A stretch of 62,773 nt of DNA, the filler included, from Choristocarpus tenellus KU-1152 (taxonomy: Eukaryota > Protista > Phaeophyceae): the NCBI GenBank assembly GCA_964200185.2. It is 12 parts of 12 records of this genome, joined end to end, with 100 filler letters (N's around TTAATTAATTAA, not from the genome) between each part and the next. Parts side by side here need not be neighbours in the genome. Positions count along the whole stretch, not along the records: positions 21,152 to 26,720 come from CAXNAD020010391.1; positions 26,821 to 29,607 come from CAXNAD020024765.1; positions 29,708 to 32,429 come from CAXNAD020025313.1; positions 32,530 to 43,327 come from CAXNAD020002707.1; 8 more parts are not named here. The stretch is one strand, 5' to 3'. The position numbers were made by a program, and so were the translations under genes. The number at the start of each line of letters is the position of its first letter. Within the stretch, counting starts at the first letter, position 1. A model generated the notes under the pieces. The model was given only the letters and a program-made list of their open reading frames with translations, had not been told where the DNA came from and searched no databases. Of this stretch, positions 21,913 to 33,401 are shown in pieces.

Positions 21913-23499
21913 ATGAAGATCTCTCCTTCAAAATTGATGTCCATGTTGGTGCTGGTGGGACTTACGTTCCCCTTTTCACTGGCTCTAGACAGTGAATGTA
22001 TTGAAGTCACACAAAGTGGCGACTGCAATGTATATGGGTGCTGCGACGATAATGCAGTGTGTATGTCTGATGGAAGGTGCATGATAGAAATGTGTGTCGT
22101 CACTGGTGGGAGCATAAGTGATGGCGATTGCAGCATTGCCACGGAGGGCTGTTGTGACATGGAGGCAACATGTGAGAGTGATGGAAAATGTCAGGCAAGT
22201 GAGGAAGGAGCTGAGGCGGGAACCCCTATCAGTTCAAATGATGACGATGATTCCTCATCATGCGATGATGACAACATCTGCATTGGCTACTGTGGAAACA
22301 AGGTACGTCAGGGTCTTCGAGGTGTTCCAGACATCATCCCATCTGACATGATTATCTATAAATCGTTATGCTTGGTAGAACCATTTGATTTGTTACTCTT
22401 TGTTTGGTACTAAATATGTAATCAATTTGAACCATTCTATTACAAAGATTGACCATATCACGCTACTCTGATTCTTGGTTATCTTTTTATAAACAAATCA
22501 AACTTTGAATTCATTGTGCCTGATCTGGTTTGGCTTGCTTTCCCTTCACCTATCCTGCTTTTTCATAACAAGGGCTGCTATGGAAACGATGATTATTCCA
22601 TTGATTGGGATTGCGTTCTGGGTCCTGGGTCATTGGATGAGGTCACGTCACACGGTGGACGTATTTATCCCTGCAGTGATGCCAGCTCTTCGACGCCCTG
22701 CACCACGTTCGATGTAGATGAGGACGACGAACGTGCTGAGGTAAAAGTGAATTCAAACACAGATCAATTCAAGTTCTATGAGGATGAGGAGTGGGTTATC
22801 CGCTACAGCTTTAGACCTGAATCTGGGATGAAGGTTGCGGATAAATTTACTCATATTGGGCAGCTTAAAGGTTCGAAGGGTGAGGGCATGCTTGATGGCG
22901 ATGCACTATGCTCCATCACGGCGAACTCTGAAGGCCTCAATGTCCGATTCAGTAACCAGGGCGGTAGTATTGACGACTTTATTGTTGATGGAAGTTACCT
23001 AGACTGGGAAGATGCTTTGGGAGAATGGACCCATGTAAAGATTACCGCTATTTTTGGTCAGGAAATGAAGGTTGAATTGTCTGGGGCCGTATCGGACATC
23101 AAAGAGTGGCCCAGCGATAAGACCCCAGTTGCTTGGTCGGACAAGTCAATGGATAGTGTGCGGTTGAAGCTTGGCGTTTACCACTCCGAGGATGATGTCG
23201 GTGATGCTAGGGTGGACTACAGAGATGTATCCATCGTGGGCCCCACGGATTTGGGTCTAATTGTTCACTCCAGTCCTAACGGCGATAGTGTCGAGGATGT
23301 ATGTAGTGACAGCGACTTCCGTTTAGAGGTGGACTACAGTGACAGTGATGATTCCGATGATAGCAACTCGGGGTCTCAGACTCAGTTTGATGTTTCCACT
23401 TTGTTCTTGACGTTTTTTATTATTTTATTTTGCTCTTTTTCTCCTATCTATTGTAAATGTTTTTTAGGATTAGATAAGTCCCACTACTTACAGATCTAA
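21913..23499 (+). CDS. Secreted/anchored polysaccharide-lyase-like protein (PL7/PL41-like jelly roll) with two N-terminal Cys-rich modules (exons 21913-22302, 22573-23499)
   Basis: Signal peptide ending FSLA-LD, two C-C-CC-C-C modules, an acidic linker, then motifs ERAEVK, FTHIGQLK and RLKLGVYH (counterparts of the PL7 RxExR, QIH and YFKxGxY motifs), an acidic Ser-rich stalk and a hydrophobic C-terminus. The intron is a phase-0 GT-AG. Confidence 0.75.
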
Positions 23500-25109
23500 T
23501 TTTCAGAGATTATGCCAGTAAATTTTCTTTACTACTGAGGTGTGTAGTTAGTCTTTATTTAGTGGATAGTGTTCTCTGTCTTGAGTGTCTTTTTCATTCT
23601 GCTTGCTTCAAGAGTATTGTAGAGTGGGTGTCCATTTTTCGTATCATAGTATACCATCAGGTGCCATAGGGATAGTTTGTATGATGGGAGAGGGGTTTAC
23701 GTAGGTTAGGAAGGACTGGTGTCCTCAATGATTTTGGATTAGGTGAATAGCACGTCTCTTCTATTCCCTGCGCATTATTTAGCAGTACAAAAAGTAGGCT
23801 GATAGCGAAGTTGGTGACGATGTCAAAACCGTTTTTGTCCATTTAGTTAATAGAATTTTCTCCTATAATTACGTTATGCTCAATGCTAGCATTGTCCGAC
23901 AAAGTTCAGATATATTTTCTCGATTTTTCTTCTATAATATCCAGGGACAATGTCCCTACCACATATTAGATGTAGCGTTATGCAGGAACCTTCCAGATGA
24001 TCATAACGTATCATAAATGCTTCTGAAAGAAAAAGTTCCAGAATACAACACTCTGCTGATGCTGTTCTATATTATGTAGCAGTCGGGTCACATATCAACA
24101 CCACAAATGCCTCTCAACAACGGCAACCATGTCCACATATACCTTCACAGGTAGAAATGCAACAAGACACATATGCAGTAGTCAACTGATGATGTAGTTT
24201 TTCAGTAGTAGAGTGTAACATATAAAAAAGACTTCCCTCTTCTCAACAACGGCGAATGTATGTGTTAGAAGCCAAAGTATCCTAAAGGGGGATATATTTT
24301 GACTTTTCTGTTTTCGAAGGGGTTACAAATGTGATGTCTGACACCTCTATTTCATGGTGCAAGTCCAGGTAACCGCAGTTAGCAGCCTTCGGATGCAGAA
24401 GAAAGAACCCTGTGAATGGATGTTTTGCTATTGGATTGGAAGCTGGAGGGAGGTACAAATGCAATTCAGAAAAAGTCACAGATACCTCCTATGCAACAAT
24501 AGCGCACCCTAATTCTCCAGTAGCAAGGAAGCGCAGAGCCGGTGACTTTGTGGGCTGCGCTTGGCTGTGTGTGTGAAGGAGAATCTTCACCAAGCAGCGG
24601 TTGCAGTGCCCCAGCAGCCGAAAGAGGAAAGGGGCAGGGGGTGGGTCTGCCTGTGCTGAAGCGAATTGACCCAGCTATTCGTACAAGTGGTCTGTGCGTA
24701 ATTTTGACCTTCAATGTGGCTAACTTGAAGGGAAATCCACCATCTCAATAAGAAATGTTTCACAAAACGGTTGGAACTCTACAGCTCTAGAAAGGAAGGG
24801 ATGTCTGATTATTGTTGCAAACAAATATCCACCGCTTTGTCTCTATAATAGCTACAAATTTAGTTGGGATAACTTGCTCCAATCGGAACGTCAACTGCTA
24901 CAGCTCTATGTAGGGGCGCTAATAGTAGATGTGATCCGTGTCATTACACAGTCCCTCTGTTTTATTTAGGCAGACCCTGGACTAAAATCTAGAGAATGTG
25001 CTGATCTTCTGATCTGTGCGGACGATGAAACTGAAGGTGGAAGGCACGGTATGGTGTTACTATACTATGTTATTATGATATTTACCATTTAGTGCGATCA
25101 GTATATATT

Positions 25110-25558
25110 TTATTATTATGCCCTCTGACATTTTGAAGGTGTGCCAAGGGAAAAAACAACGAAAGCTATTCGCATCTCAGAAAAATATCTAAAAAAGTAA
25201 CTGTCGCATAATGTGAAAGGCATCAATCTATTTACTATTTTACTACCGGCTATGCTGTACTTCTGCTTTCAACCTAGCTTAGTCCTGCACCCCAGGGTGA
25301 CGACCTGGGGAAACATCCCAAGAATGAAGCATGCCCCTCCTTGTCCATCTCCCTGTTGTCCCCAGCTTAAAACGTGTGACACGTTGAGATAGTGCTACTT
25401 GCGTTGTAACTGGGACTATCTGGCGTAGACGGGATTTGATCGCCGCTTTTCGGCTAGTAGCCTCCTGTCCCTCTCCCCCCTACCGTATGTGTGGCTAGCT
25501 CATCCAGAAAACTTTCCAGTTTCTTACTGAGCCGCCCAAAACTTTCCACCGTGAAGTT
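25110..25558 (-). mobile_element. 5'-truncated non-LTR retrotransposon with restriction-like endonuclease C-terminus (CRE-like)
   Basis: Minus-strand FTVESFGRLSKKLESFLDELATHTVGG / (frameshift) KSRLRQIVPVTTQVALSQRVTRFKL, then a 3' UTR, a hairpin and a (TAA)n tail. Homologous to 31687-32110. Confidence 0.75.
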
Positions 25559-25669
25559 GTTGAGGATATAGTAATAATATATATATCTTTGTGCACTGAC
25601 AATTTACAATTGTATCAGGTAGTAGGGGGGGGGAAAGACCACTTTTTTATTGGAAAGCCATTCAGAGAT

Positions 25670-26265
25670 AAGGTAAACAAGAGGTACCCAAGCTTTTACC
25701 GTTTTGATTTTTAGCACTTTTATTCATCTTTTGCGATTCACCCTTATCTCTATGGATGAAGGTTTAAGATTGACTTGAGAGCGTTGATTTCTCCATTGTT
25801 TGAAAATCTCAACAGAGAATTCAGAAAGGTCCCTAGACGCATTTGTACCAAAGCCGAATTTTACACAAAATTGTCAGCGCACATTAGTAGAGGTGTAAGT
25901 TATTGTTATGAATCGAGAGTATTTGCTATTACCCAAATTTGTAGTTGAAGGGCAACTTTGGATAATATGATGGCGCAAGTGTAGCCTAGAACGCTACTTC
26001 GTACGTATATTGATAAGAAGTGATGGAAATACGGTCTGTGGAGGAGCCCAAAATAAAAGAAGGGTTGCATTTGAGAATCCTGACAAAAAAAAGGCATTTT
26101 TGTTCACTTCTTAATTCTGTCGAATTAATTCAAAACAATATAGACAAAACATCATCAAGAGTCAACCTTGGACTTCATCCACAGACGTGAGGGTGAACAG
26201 CAAGAGATGAAAATAGTAGCTTAAAAAAAAAAACGGCCAAAACCTGTGTACTTCTCGTTTACTTT
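25670..26265. mobile_element. Non-autonomous foldback-type DNA element with about 160-bp imperfect TIRs
   Basis: 25670-25830 aligns with the reverse complement of 26105-26265 (aaggtaaacaagaggtac.. / ..gtacttctcgtttacttt). Exact termini and TSD are unresolved. Confidence 0.7.
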
Positions 26266-26693
26266 GGCATAATAATATATACAGGATGCCCTGACTCAGT
26301 TGATAGTTGTTGTATCGTTGAGAGGAGGACAGAAGTACATCATTTGATGGGGGAAATGAGAGGGAACGGACGGAGATGAGGAGAAAAGTCCGGAATACCT
26401 TTCCCCACCTATAGCCACCTTCCCAAATGCTTTGTATACACGAGGGGAAAGGAAGTTTAACGGGAAAAAAATATTTGACTTAGTGCATACTTCTGGAGTC
26501 AAATTCATCACCACGAATTTCACTGGAGATATGCATAATGGAGTTACAAAGAAAATAGGAATTACATTGGAAACTGTAAGGGTAGAAGTTACATAATGCA
26601 TGGAGTGAACCCCTACTCCAACAGCTCAATGATGTGATGGAGTGATTGCCACCGAGTCGAGGCTACACTGTATGTGATGGGTAGTTGGTTTTT

Positions 26694-26720
26694 GACCCAA
26701 AGAGTCTGGGGGGGCGGTGG
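26694..26720. mobile_element. MITE terminus at contig end
   Basis: gacccaaagagtctgggggggcggtgg. Confidence 0.6.
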
Positions 26721-26820
26721 NNNNNNNNNNNNNNNNNNNNNNNNNNNNNNNNNNNNNNNNNNNNTTAATTAATTAANNNNNNNNNNNNNNNNNNNNNNNN
26801 NNNNNNNNNNNNNNNNNNNN
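26721..26820. other. Artificial contig spacer
   Basis: N44-TTAATTAATTAA-N44. Confidence 0.99.
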
Positions 26821-27782
26821 GGGGGGGGGGTGTAGTAACACAGCATGGTGTGGTGAAAGTCAGCACAAATAATGTTGGTTTGAGTTTTATTGTGTTTTGT
26901 TTTAGGATAGATTCAATTTTGATCCAAAAGATAATAACAGTGATGTGGAAGAATAAATATGTGGAAGAATAATTCACGCATTGGACAAGGTAACACTCTG
27001 CGCTATGTTTTTGCAGGCATCCAAATGTCTCTTGGTTGCAGGTGTAGTGAGGGGGAATTGGGTACAAAAATGGATGTTTGTAAATGATAGTAAGGCGTGT
27101 AAGGCATACATTCGGTGTGATACGAAGTTTTAAAAGTACATGTCAGAACATAAGAGGAAGGTATTAAAAGCATGTTTCTATTGCCTCACCCATCAGAGTG
27201 CTGCTTTCGTTGTCATTGTCTACGTGATTAATTCGGTCAGACCTCCGTGTAATGGTTTTCTGTTGTGACTCCTAATTTTGTTGTTATTTTATTAGTGCTA
27301 GTGGTTAGTAGTTTCGAAACTGTCAGATCTTCTGCGTCCGAGATGCTAGTCAGTCCCACACATGAACCATTGCATCAAATCCTGAAGGTTTCACTAGTAT
27401 GTTGCACTAGTGTGCTTCACCAGTAGGTATTAGGACCTCATTACCTTTTCCAACGTGGGGGCACAACCTCATTTGACACTGGCAAGGCCCCCACTGACTA
27501 TGGTTGTTTGCAAGGCCTAACAAAGCCCACTGATACAAGTGGGTGGCATTTCCAGGCCTGAAGTGAAGGGTCTCACCGCCACCGCCACCGCCACCAATCC
27601 ACCACCCCCCCTTCCCCCCCTCCCCCCCCCAAGGGGTGCATGTGTGAGTTAAATTGGAAGCATTACACTGGTGTCAAGGATTCCCTTCCACCCCAACCAG
27701 GGCAATCAATTCCTGTTGTAATGAATTGGCTCAGTTCCGTCCTCAGCAACCCTAACCCTGAGTATTTTTCATGCCTTCGAAG

Positions 27783-27945
27783 GTGGTGGTTCAGTTTGAA
27801 GATGATGAAGATGACACAGGGAGGACTCCTAATCGCAGAATAAATGCCAAGTTTGTTCTGCCCCAGCCTAATGTTCCTAGCAGCGGCAGAGGCAGCAGTG
27901 GGTGTCGGACTCAGCGGTGAGTGCAAGGGGTCTTGTTGGAAAATA

Positions 27946-27986
<41 letters not shown>

Positions 27987-29601
27987 CTGTGTGTGTGTGT
28001 CTTGAGGGGGGTCTAGTTAGGCCCTGTTGAGTGTTCTGGAGTTTTTAATACCTTCAGACTGGCACCCTATTCCCATGCCTGAAATGCAGCTAACCCCCCA
28101 TCGGAGGCTGTGGCACAAGCCCTTGCACACACAAGCGCGAAATTGCCCTTGGGAGTGCTAGAAGTGCATATCCTAGAAGGCGTTTACAGGGAAGTAGAAT
28201 GTATTACATAGCCTGAATACTCACAGAGACCTCCCTCTGAGATAGGATAGCTCTCTAGACCTTCACACCAACAACAAAATGCTGTAGTAGATTGTGTGTT
28301 GCCGACTCACCCACTTGTACTATGCCATTGAGCCCAGCTTTGTTGTATGCCATTTGCTGCTGATCTGGTGCTTACCACCGAATAACCTGTGGCAATCATT
28401 GGGGTTTGCATATGGTTGGCGTTATTATGGCAGATACTCATTGTAGCTCCCTGTATAGATGGGGGAGGGGTGGGATATTGTGAGGTGCTGGGTTTGAGGA
28501 TCGGGAGGTACTGTTGTTTATGTGTGTGTGGGCGGGCCTTTTTGTGTTGGTGGGGGCATTGTCAACGCAGCGTGGTACATTTTTTTGCCCTTTGCAATCG
28601 AAGTAATAGGTTGATATCATTGTTTTGGTGTTGTGCAAACGCCTATCAAGTAGTATATATACTAGTATGAGTGGGTTTGAGTGAGGAAAGAGATTTTTTT
28701 GTTGTTGTTGTGAGCAGTGCCCACAGGGATGGGCAGTTTTGGCAGAGATTTTTGTAGCAATTTTGGCAGGCATCCCGAGACTCAAGACGAGCAGTTCACA
28801 TACGTGCAGAGATAACCATATATTTTGTCAGATATATGTGTGTGTATGTTCATGCCGTTTTTCAGGAGAAAGTGTAATAGTAGTCTTGATCCCTCCCTTC
28901 CGTTGCGATCACCTCACTGATGGTGTTGCAACACCTCACAAGGAGGGTACATCGTTATCTTGCTCCCAATTTACCAAGAATGAAGTATATACATGGAAGA
29001 GGTTGACCTTGAATTTACTATCCACTCCCCCCCTCCCCAATTTCCTGCAGTCTGCAACACATGTTCACCTCACTTTTGAAGTCGAAATCTATCATCAGCG
29101 CTGCCTATCAATTATCTGCCTTTACTGTGGGGACCCTCCTGCCCCCATCTTGTCTGTCCCTCAATGCCCATCTAATGTCTGCCCTGCAGGCACACAACCT
29201 CCAGTGGTGGAGGTGGTAAAGATAACAGTTCCACATACAGCAGGTACGATGAGCATTCTCGTGGAGGTCCTTCTAGGTGGGGGAGTGGCAGCAGTGGCAT
29301 TGGGGATGATGGTCGCAGTACTAACGGACACAGCGGAAGGGGGTATCACACATCAGTTGGGGGAGGCCATGGTGGGGTCGGCTCTACGAGGAGAAATGGT
29401 GGTGGTGTGGGAGGGACCAGTGGTGGCTATGGGTATGGAGATGATGACAATGATGAGGGCAGCCGTCCGTTGAAAAAGAAGAAGAAGAGGCTCATGAATG
29501 GTTCCTCGGGGGGCGGGGGTGGGGGGGACGGATCTCTGCATGGTGGGAGTGGAGGGGTATCTTCACGGCAAAGGAGTAGTTGCCTGGATGGGGGTAAGTG
29601 A
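27783..29601 (+). CDS. 3' exons of an SGF29-like Tudor protein with a Gly/Ser-rich tail (exons 27783-27916, 29190-29601)
   Basis: VVVQFEDDEDDTGRTPNRRINAKFVLP resembles the end of the SGF29 tandem Tudor domain. A phase-2 junction leads into a Gly/Ser-rich exon with PLKKKKKR. The end may instead splice at gtaagt near 29594. Confidence 0.55.
27948..28000. repeat. (TG)n microsatellite
   Basis: Directly visible, intronic, one interruption. Confidence 0.95.
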
Positions 29602-29607
29602 ACGGGG

Positions 29608-29707
29608 NNNNNNNNNNNNNNNNNNNNNNNNNNNNNNNNNNNNNNNNNNNNTTAATTAATTAANNNNNNNNNNNNNNNNNNNNNNNNNNNNNNNNNNNNN
29701 NNNNNNN
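29608..29707. other. Artificial contig spacer
   Basis: N44-TTAATTAATTAA-N44. Confidence 0.99.
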
Positions 29708-29769
29708 CCTGCTCAGGGCCCGAACGGACACCCTGGTGTAGACCCCCCCCCCCTTAGATACTTTGTGTA
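29708..29769 (-). mobile_element. MITE family A end at contig start
   Basis: ggacaccctggtgtagacccc..agatactttg. Confidence 0.8.
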
Positions 29770-30289
29770 CTTACACGATGCAACAGGTCAGGTTTTGTCC
29801 ATCTATTGATGGTCATAGCGGAAGAGTGTGCTTCCAAAATATCAGTTGTGGTGTGCAGATGGGTGAGCAAAGGCAAGTACCTTCACAAGTCGCAGCCTAG
29901 CTTTGAGCTATTGCAATCAAAGCTCTCTATCATGGCTCAGTAGAGCTAGAATCTGACTCACACTTGATTGTTGGCATTATGCGTGTTATCATGTACTCTG
30001 GACAAAAGGAGCAAAACGACGACCAGAACGTTATCATAAATCTCCAGGAAGAAACCAAAATATCTCTCTCTATATATACATACTGAGTACTCTCTCATAT
30101 TTTATAGATGGTATCAGGTTAATACAACAGCTTTTAAGACCCATTGTACTTCTTTGGACAGGAGACGGAAATAGAACACGAGAAAACGAATTTGCAATTT
30201 TGATACTCTGTTGATGTTGCATTGAAACAGTAGTATTTGAACAACAGTTTTAAAAGGGTGGATAGCAGAGAAATCACCCAAGTAAATGT

Positions 30290-31330
30290 ACATCGCCCTT
30301 GCACGTTGACGGGGATGTGAACTATTCCATCGAAAGAGCTTCATAGGCTTAACTGGGCAGAGATCAACAGGAGAAGGAATTGGCATTGGGCACACTGTTC
30401 GCTGACCCTGGAAGGAACAAAAAAGACAATGGACCAGAGAATGCGATGATCCACTCACCAGTCGTAATGTCATTGATCTGAGAGGTTCACAAACTCCTGG
30501 GATGGAAACATAAAGCAATGTCGAGATACCCAACTGAAGCCACATCTCCGCCAAGAGCAGTAGAACCAACTTTCCACGTGAACACATCTCCTTCATCCAG
30601 TGTGACGATATGCGGACAGTTATCACAGCACGCTGCAACTGCCCTGATCCCTTACTGGTTTCCTTGTCACTGTTCTTCCCAGTCACCTGAGCACTTGGCC
30701 AAGAATCATCAGGGCAGTTCCCCTTGGGATTCTCGACTAAGTGAGATGAGAGGGGGGGCTTCCACCCCAGGCGTAAATCATGGAGTGCTATTAGGCTGAT
30801 GGCGCGAAACCACAAGGGCTTCTCCCTGTAATTTGAAGCATCCTTACCTACCTGAAGACATACGTGGAAGGAGGGGTCAATATATACATTCATATCAGTA
30901 TGCATGCTTTATCTTTATGGTTGGGTGGGTTGGGCAAACCAAAGACAACTCGAGAAAGGACATCATGGACAACCTGAGAGGGAACATCGGTAGCATGATA
31001 CCAGTAGAGAAATAGTAAAGGCCCGAACCTGTAAAAGGCGCAGTAGGACCAAATAGCTGCAGGGACCGAGCAGTAGCACTGGCAAAAAGCAGCTAAGATT
31101 AAGTGGGAGGAGGACAAAGAGCACCATTGCAAAGAGGAAGGTCTGGTTCGGGTACTTGGCGCACGAGAAAGAGGGTGTAAGAAAGGCAAGGAGGACAGCC
31201 GCCATTTCGATTGAGCATTGCCATTGGGTACAGGAAACTGCCGACAAAAGACGTCGGAGACCAGTCGTGCACTCATCAAAGTCTTGGTCCATTTTTTGCT
31301 TGATGAGTTGGTGTGGTGAAGGCATATCGA
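30290..31330 (+). pseudogene. Heavily decayed Ty1/Copia RT-RNaseH remnant
   Basis: Scattered plus-strand fragments in Copia order: QEKELALGTLF, RGSQTPG, MVG...RKDI, HFD..HWVQE, KVL/SLGP. Many stops and frameshifts. Confidence 0.35.
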
Positions 31331-31450
31331 TATGGCTGGCTTTAAGCCCGTTCGAAGAACACTGGGAAAAAGGATTTCTACCAATCACATCACTTCGTTT
31401 ATTATTAACAGGATTGATTGCCAAATAGTGAGGGTTCATGGTTCATGTTG

Positions 31451-31685
31451 CATTATCGTCCTTTGACATTTTCCAGATGTGTCAAGAACAAAGCCAAACC
31501 AACATCACAACGACCTGTAAAACAAGCAACAGTTTTCGTAAATGTGAAACGTATCTTAAAAAATCTATGTATCTATTCCTCAAATAATTTTTATTATTAT
31601 TTCTTGTAGATGTGTGAGGGGAAAAGTCAACAAAAACTGTTCACATGTCAGAATAAACCCTATAAAAGTCACAGTTGTCATAAAT
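31451..31685 (-). repeat. Two stacked 3' ends of the RLE-type LINE (about 31451-31580 and 31590-31685)
   Basis: Each repeats gacatttt.cagatgtgtca / gtagatgtgtgagggg plus the A-rich UTR seen at 25150-25250 and 31730-31830. Confidence 0.65.
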
Positions 31686-31686
31686 C

Positions 31687-32110
31687 TTATTATTGTGCCA
31701 TCTGACATTTTGTAGATGTGTCGGGGGAACAAACAATGAATATTCACAAGTCAGTCTAAACCCCAAGAAGCAAAATTTGTCACAAATGTGAAAAACACTA
31801 GTCTATTTGTTATTTCACTATGTCGTATCCAATCTACTTATTCCTGGACCCTAGGGTGAGGAGCTAGGGAGGCATCCCAAGAATACAACAAACTCCTCCT
31901 TGCCCATCTCCTTGGTGACTCCAGCTTAAAGCGCATGACACGTCTAGACAGTGCCACCTGTGTTGCTACCGAGACTATTTGAAGTAGGCGGGATTTGACC
32001 GCCCCTTTGTTGCCATAGTCCCCTGTTCCCCTCCCCCCCATCATGTGTGTAGTTAGCTCATCCAGGGAACGTGTTGAAATATTCCACACTGGATCCACGG
32101 CTTTGGTGCT
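31687..32110 (-). mobile_element. 5'-truncated RLE-type (CRE-like) LINE
   Basis: ORF end SLDELTTHMMGGRG...KGAVKSRLLQIVSVATQVALSRRVMRFKL, stop at 31838, then UTR, hairpin and (TAA)n tail. Confidence 0.78.
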
Positions 32111-32351
32111 TTGATGAAGGACAATGAACAGCTTAATGTAGATGAGCAAAGTTAATATTACAACAGGGCTTATGGTCTCTGACTATGTGGGTAAGACTAT
32201 AGCCTATAGACTACCATTATTATTTCTATAGTGTGGGGTTTGTAATCGTCCACACTAATTTACTATAAATCACTCACATATATGTCTTAAGTATAGAAAG
32301 TGTATCTTGAACGTGATAAAAAAAATCAATCAACACTATGAGTCAGTACTT

Positions 32352-32429
32352 ATTTCATTATTGTGCCCTCTGACATTTTGCAGATGTGTCAGGGGGAAAA
32401 CCAATGAAAACTATACACATGTCATTAAT
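32352..32429 (-). repeat. LINE 3' end cut by contig end
   Basis: attattgtgccctctgacattttgcagatgtgtcagggg. Confidence 0.8.
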
Positions 32430-32529
32430 NNNNNNNNNNNNNNNNNNNNNNNNNNNNNNNNNNNNNNNNNNNNTTAATTAATTAANNNNNNNNNNNNNNN
32501 NNNNNNNNNNNNNNNNNNNNNNNNNNNNN
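32430..32529. other. Artificial contig spacer
   Basis: N44-TTAATTAATTAA-N44. Confidence 0.99.
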
Positions 32530-32836
32530 CAAGCAATCTCGCCAGGTTTATCACCTTTATGTTCTTTGATGATTTTGGGGATACTTTAACAATAGACACG
32601 CTATGATAGACTTGTATCATTGAAAACTGTTATTAATAATATTATTTTCTATATATATAGTAGAAGAGGCGTTTTTATTGGACATTTTTGTCTTTTGAAC
32701 ACTTACATCGACAGTATTATTTTTTAATCTGAATTCATAGCTATTTTTATATTTCTTTCCATTTAACTCAGTTATTCCTCTTTTATAAGAAGCATCAATT
32801 ACATTTTTTAGTTCTTGGATAATTCTTTGGTCTTGC

Positions 32837-33084
32837 CTTAGAGAGTATGAGTTTTGACCTGTTCGTCCGTTTGGAGGTTGACTTCCCTCGTTTTTTTTTA
32901 TGACATTTTACCTGTTCCAAAACATTTCAGAGTAGGTAAAATGTAGACGTTACAAAAAGTTGTGTCCGGAATAAGGATATTGACACTTCCTAACAAATAC
33001 GATAGCCAAAATTACATCAAAATCGCAACTTTGGATTTTGGTTCCAAAATGGACGCTATTCTACCCTCTAAAATACTTTGACTC
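32837..33084 (+). mobile_element. MITE family B lacking its outer left TIR
   Basis: Colinear with 12498-12752 and ends AATACTTTGACTC. Confidence 0.85.
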
Positions 33085-33129
33085 CGTTATGAAAAGACTT
33101 GAATCAAGTAAATACTGATGTGTGTAAAC

Positions 33130-33200
33130 ATACTTTTTTTATGTTCTAGTCCTTTTCCTACTTGACAACATCTGCAAAATGTTAGCAGGCATAATAATAA
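33130..33200 (+). repeat. LINE 3' end
   Basis: ttgacaacatctgcaaaatgttagcaggcataataataa. Confidence 0.65.
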
Positions 33201-33334
33201 CATGTGTTGGCGGTTTTGTCGCTATTGCTGGTGAGTCAGGCTACTTTCAAGGCGTTAACGTTGTGCACGCAAAACCATGTGCAATCAAGTGGCACATGAA
33301 ACATGCGTGAGGATGCGACGTTACAGAGGAAAAA

Positions 33335-33401
33335 TCCCTGCCTCTCGCGTGTATGGACTTAAATATACATGACGGAAGAGCGAAACATATCCCCCGTAGT
33401 A
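33335..33401 (-). repeat. Fragment of the CACTA-type MITE family
   Basis: Reverse complement tactacggg...gtccatacacgcgagagg aligns with 11334-11400. Confidence 0.5.

Noticed and set aside
10598-23499. Haloperoxidase plus lyase as a cell-wall or defence gene cluster
   Set aside because: They lie on different contigs separated by two spacers, so there is no evidence of linkage.
24270-24900. MITE-like terminus (gccaaagtatcctaaaggggg) heading an autonomous transposase
   Set aside because: No matching second TIR and no recognisable transposase motif in the following sequence.
28739-29473. 244-aa ORF from the track
   Set aside because: Its first part is intronic and the rest is an off-frame read of the Gly/Ser-rich exon starting at 29190.
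30114-31439. Long minus-strand ORFs (263, 164, 158 aa)
   Set aside because: No recognisable protein; better explained as antisense to a decayed Copia-like sequence.
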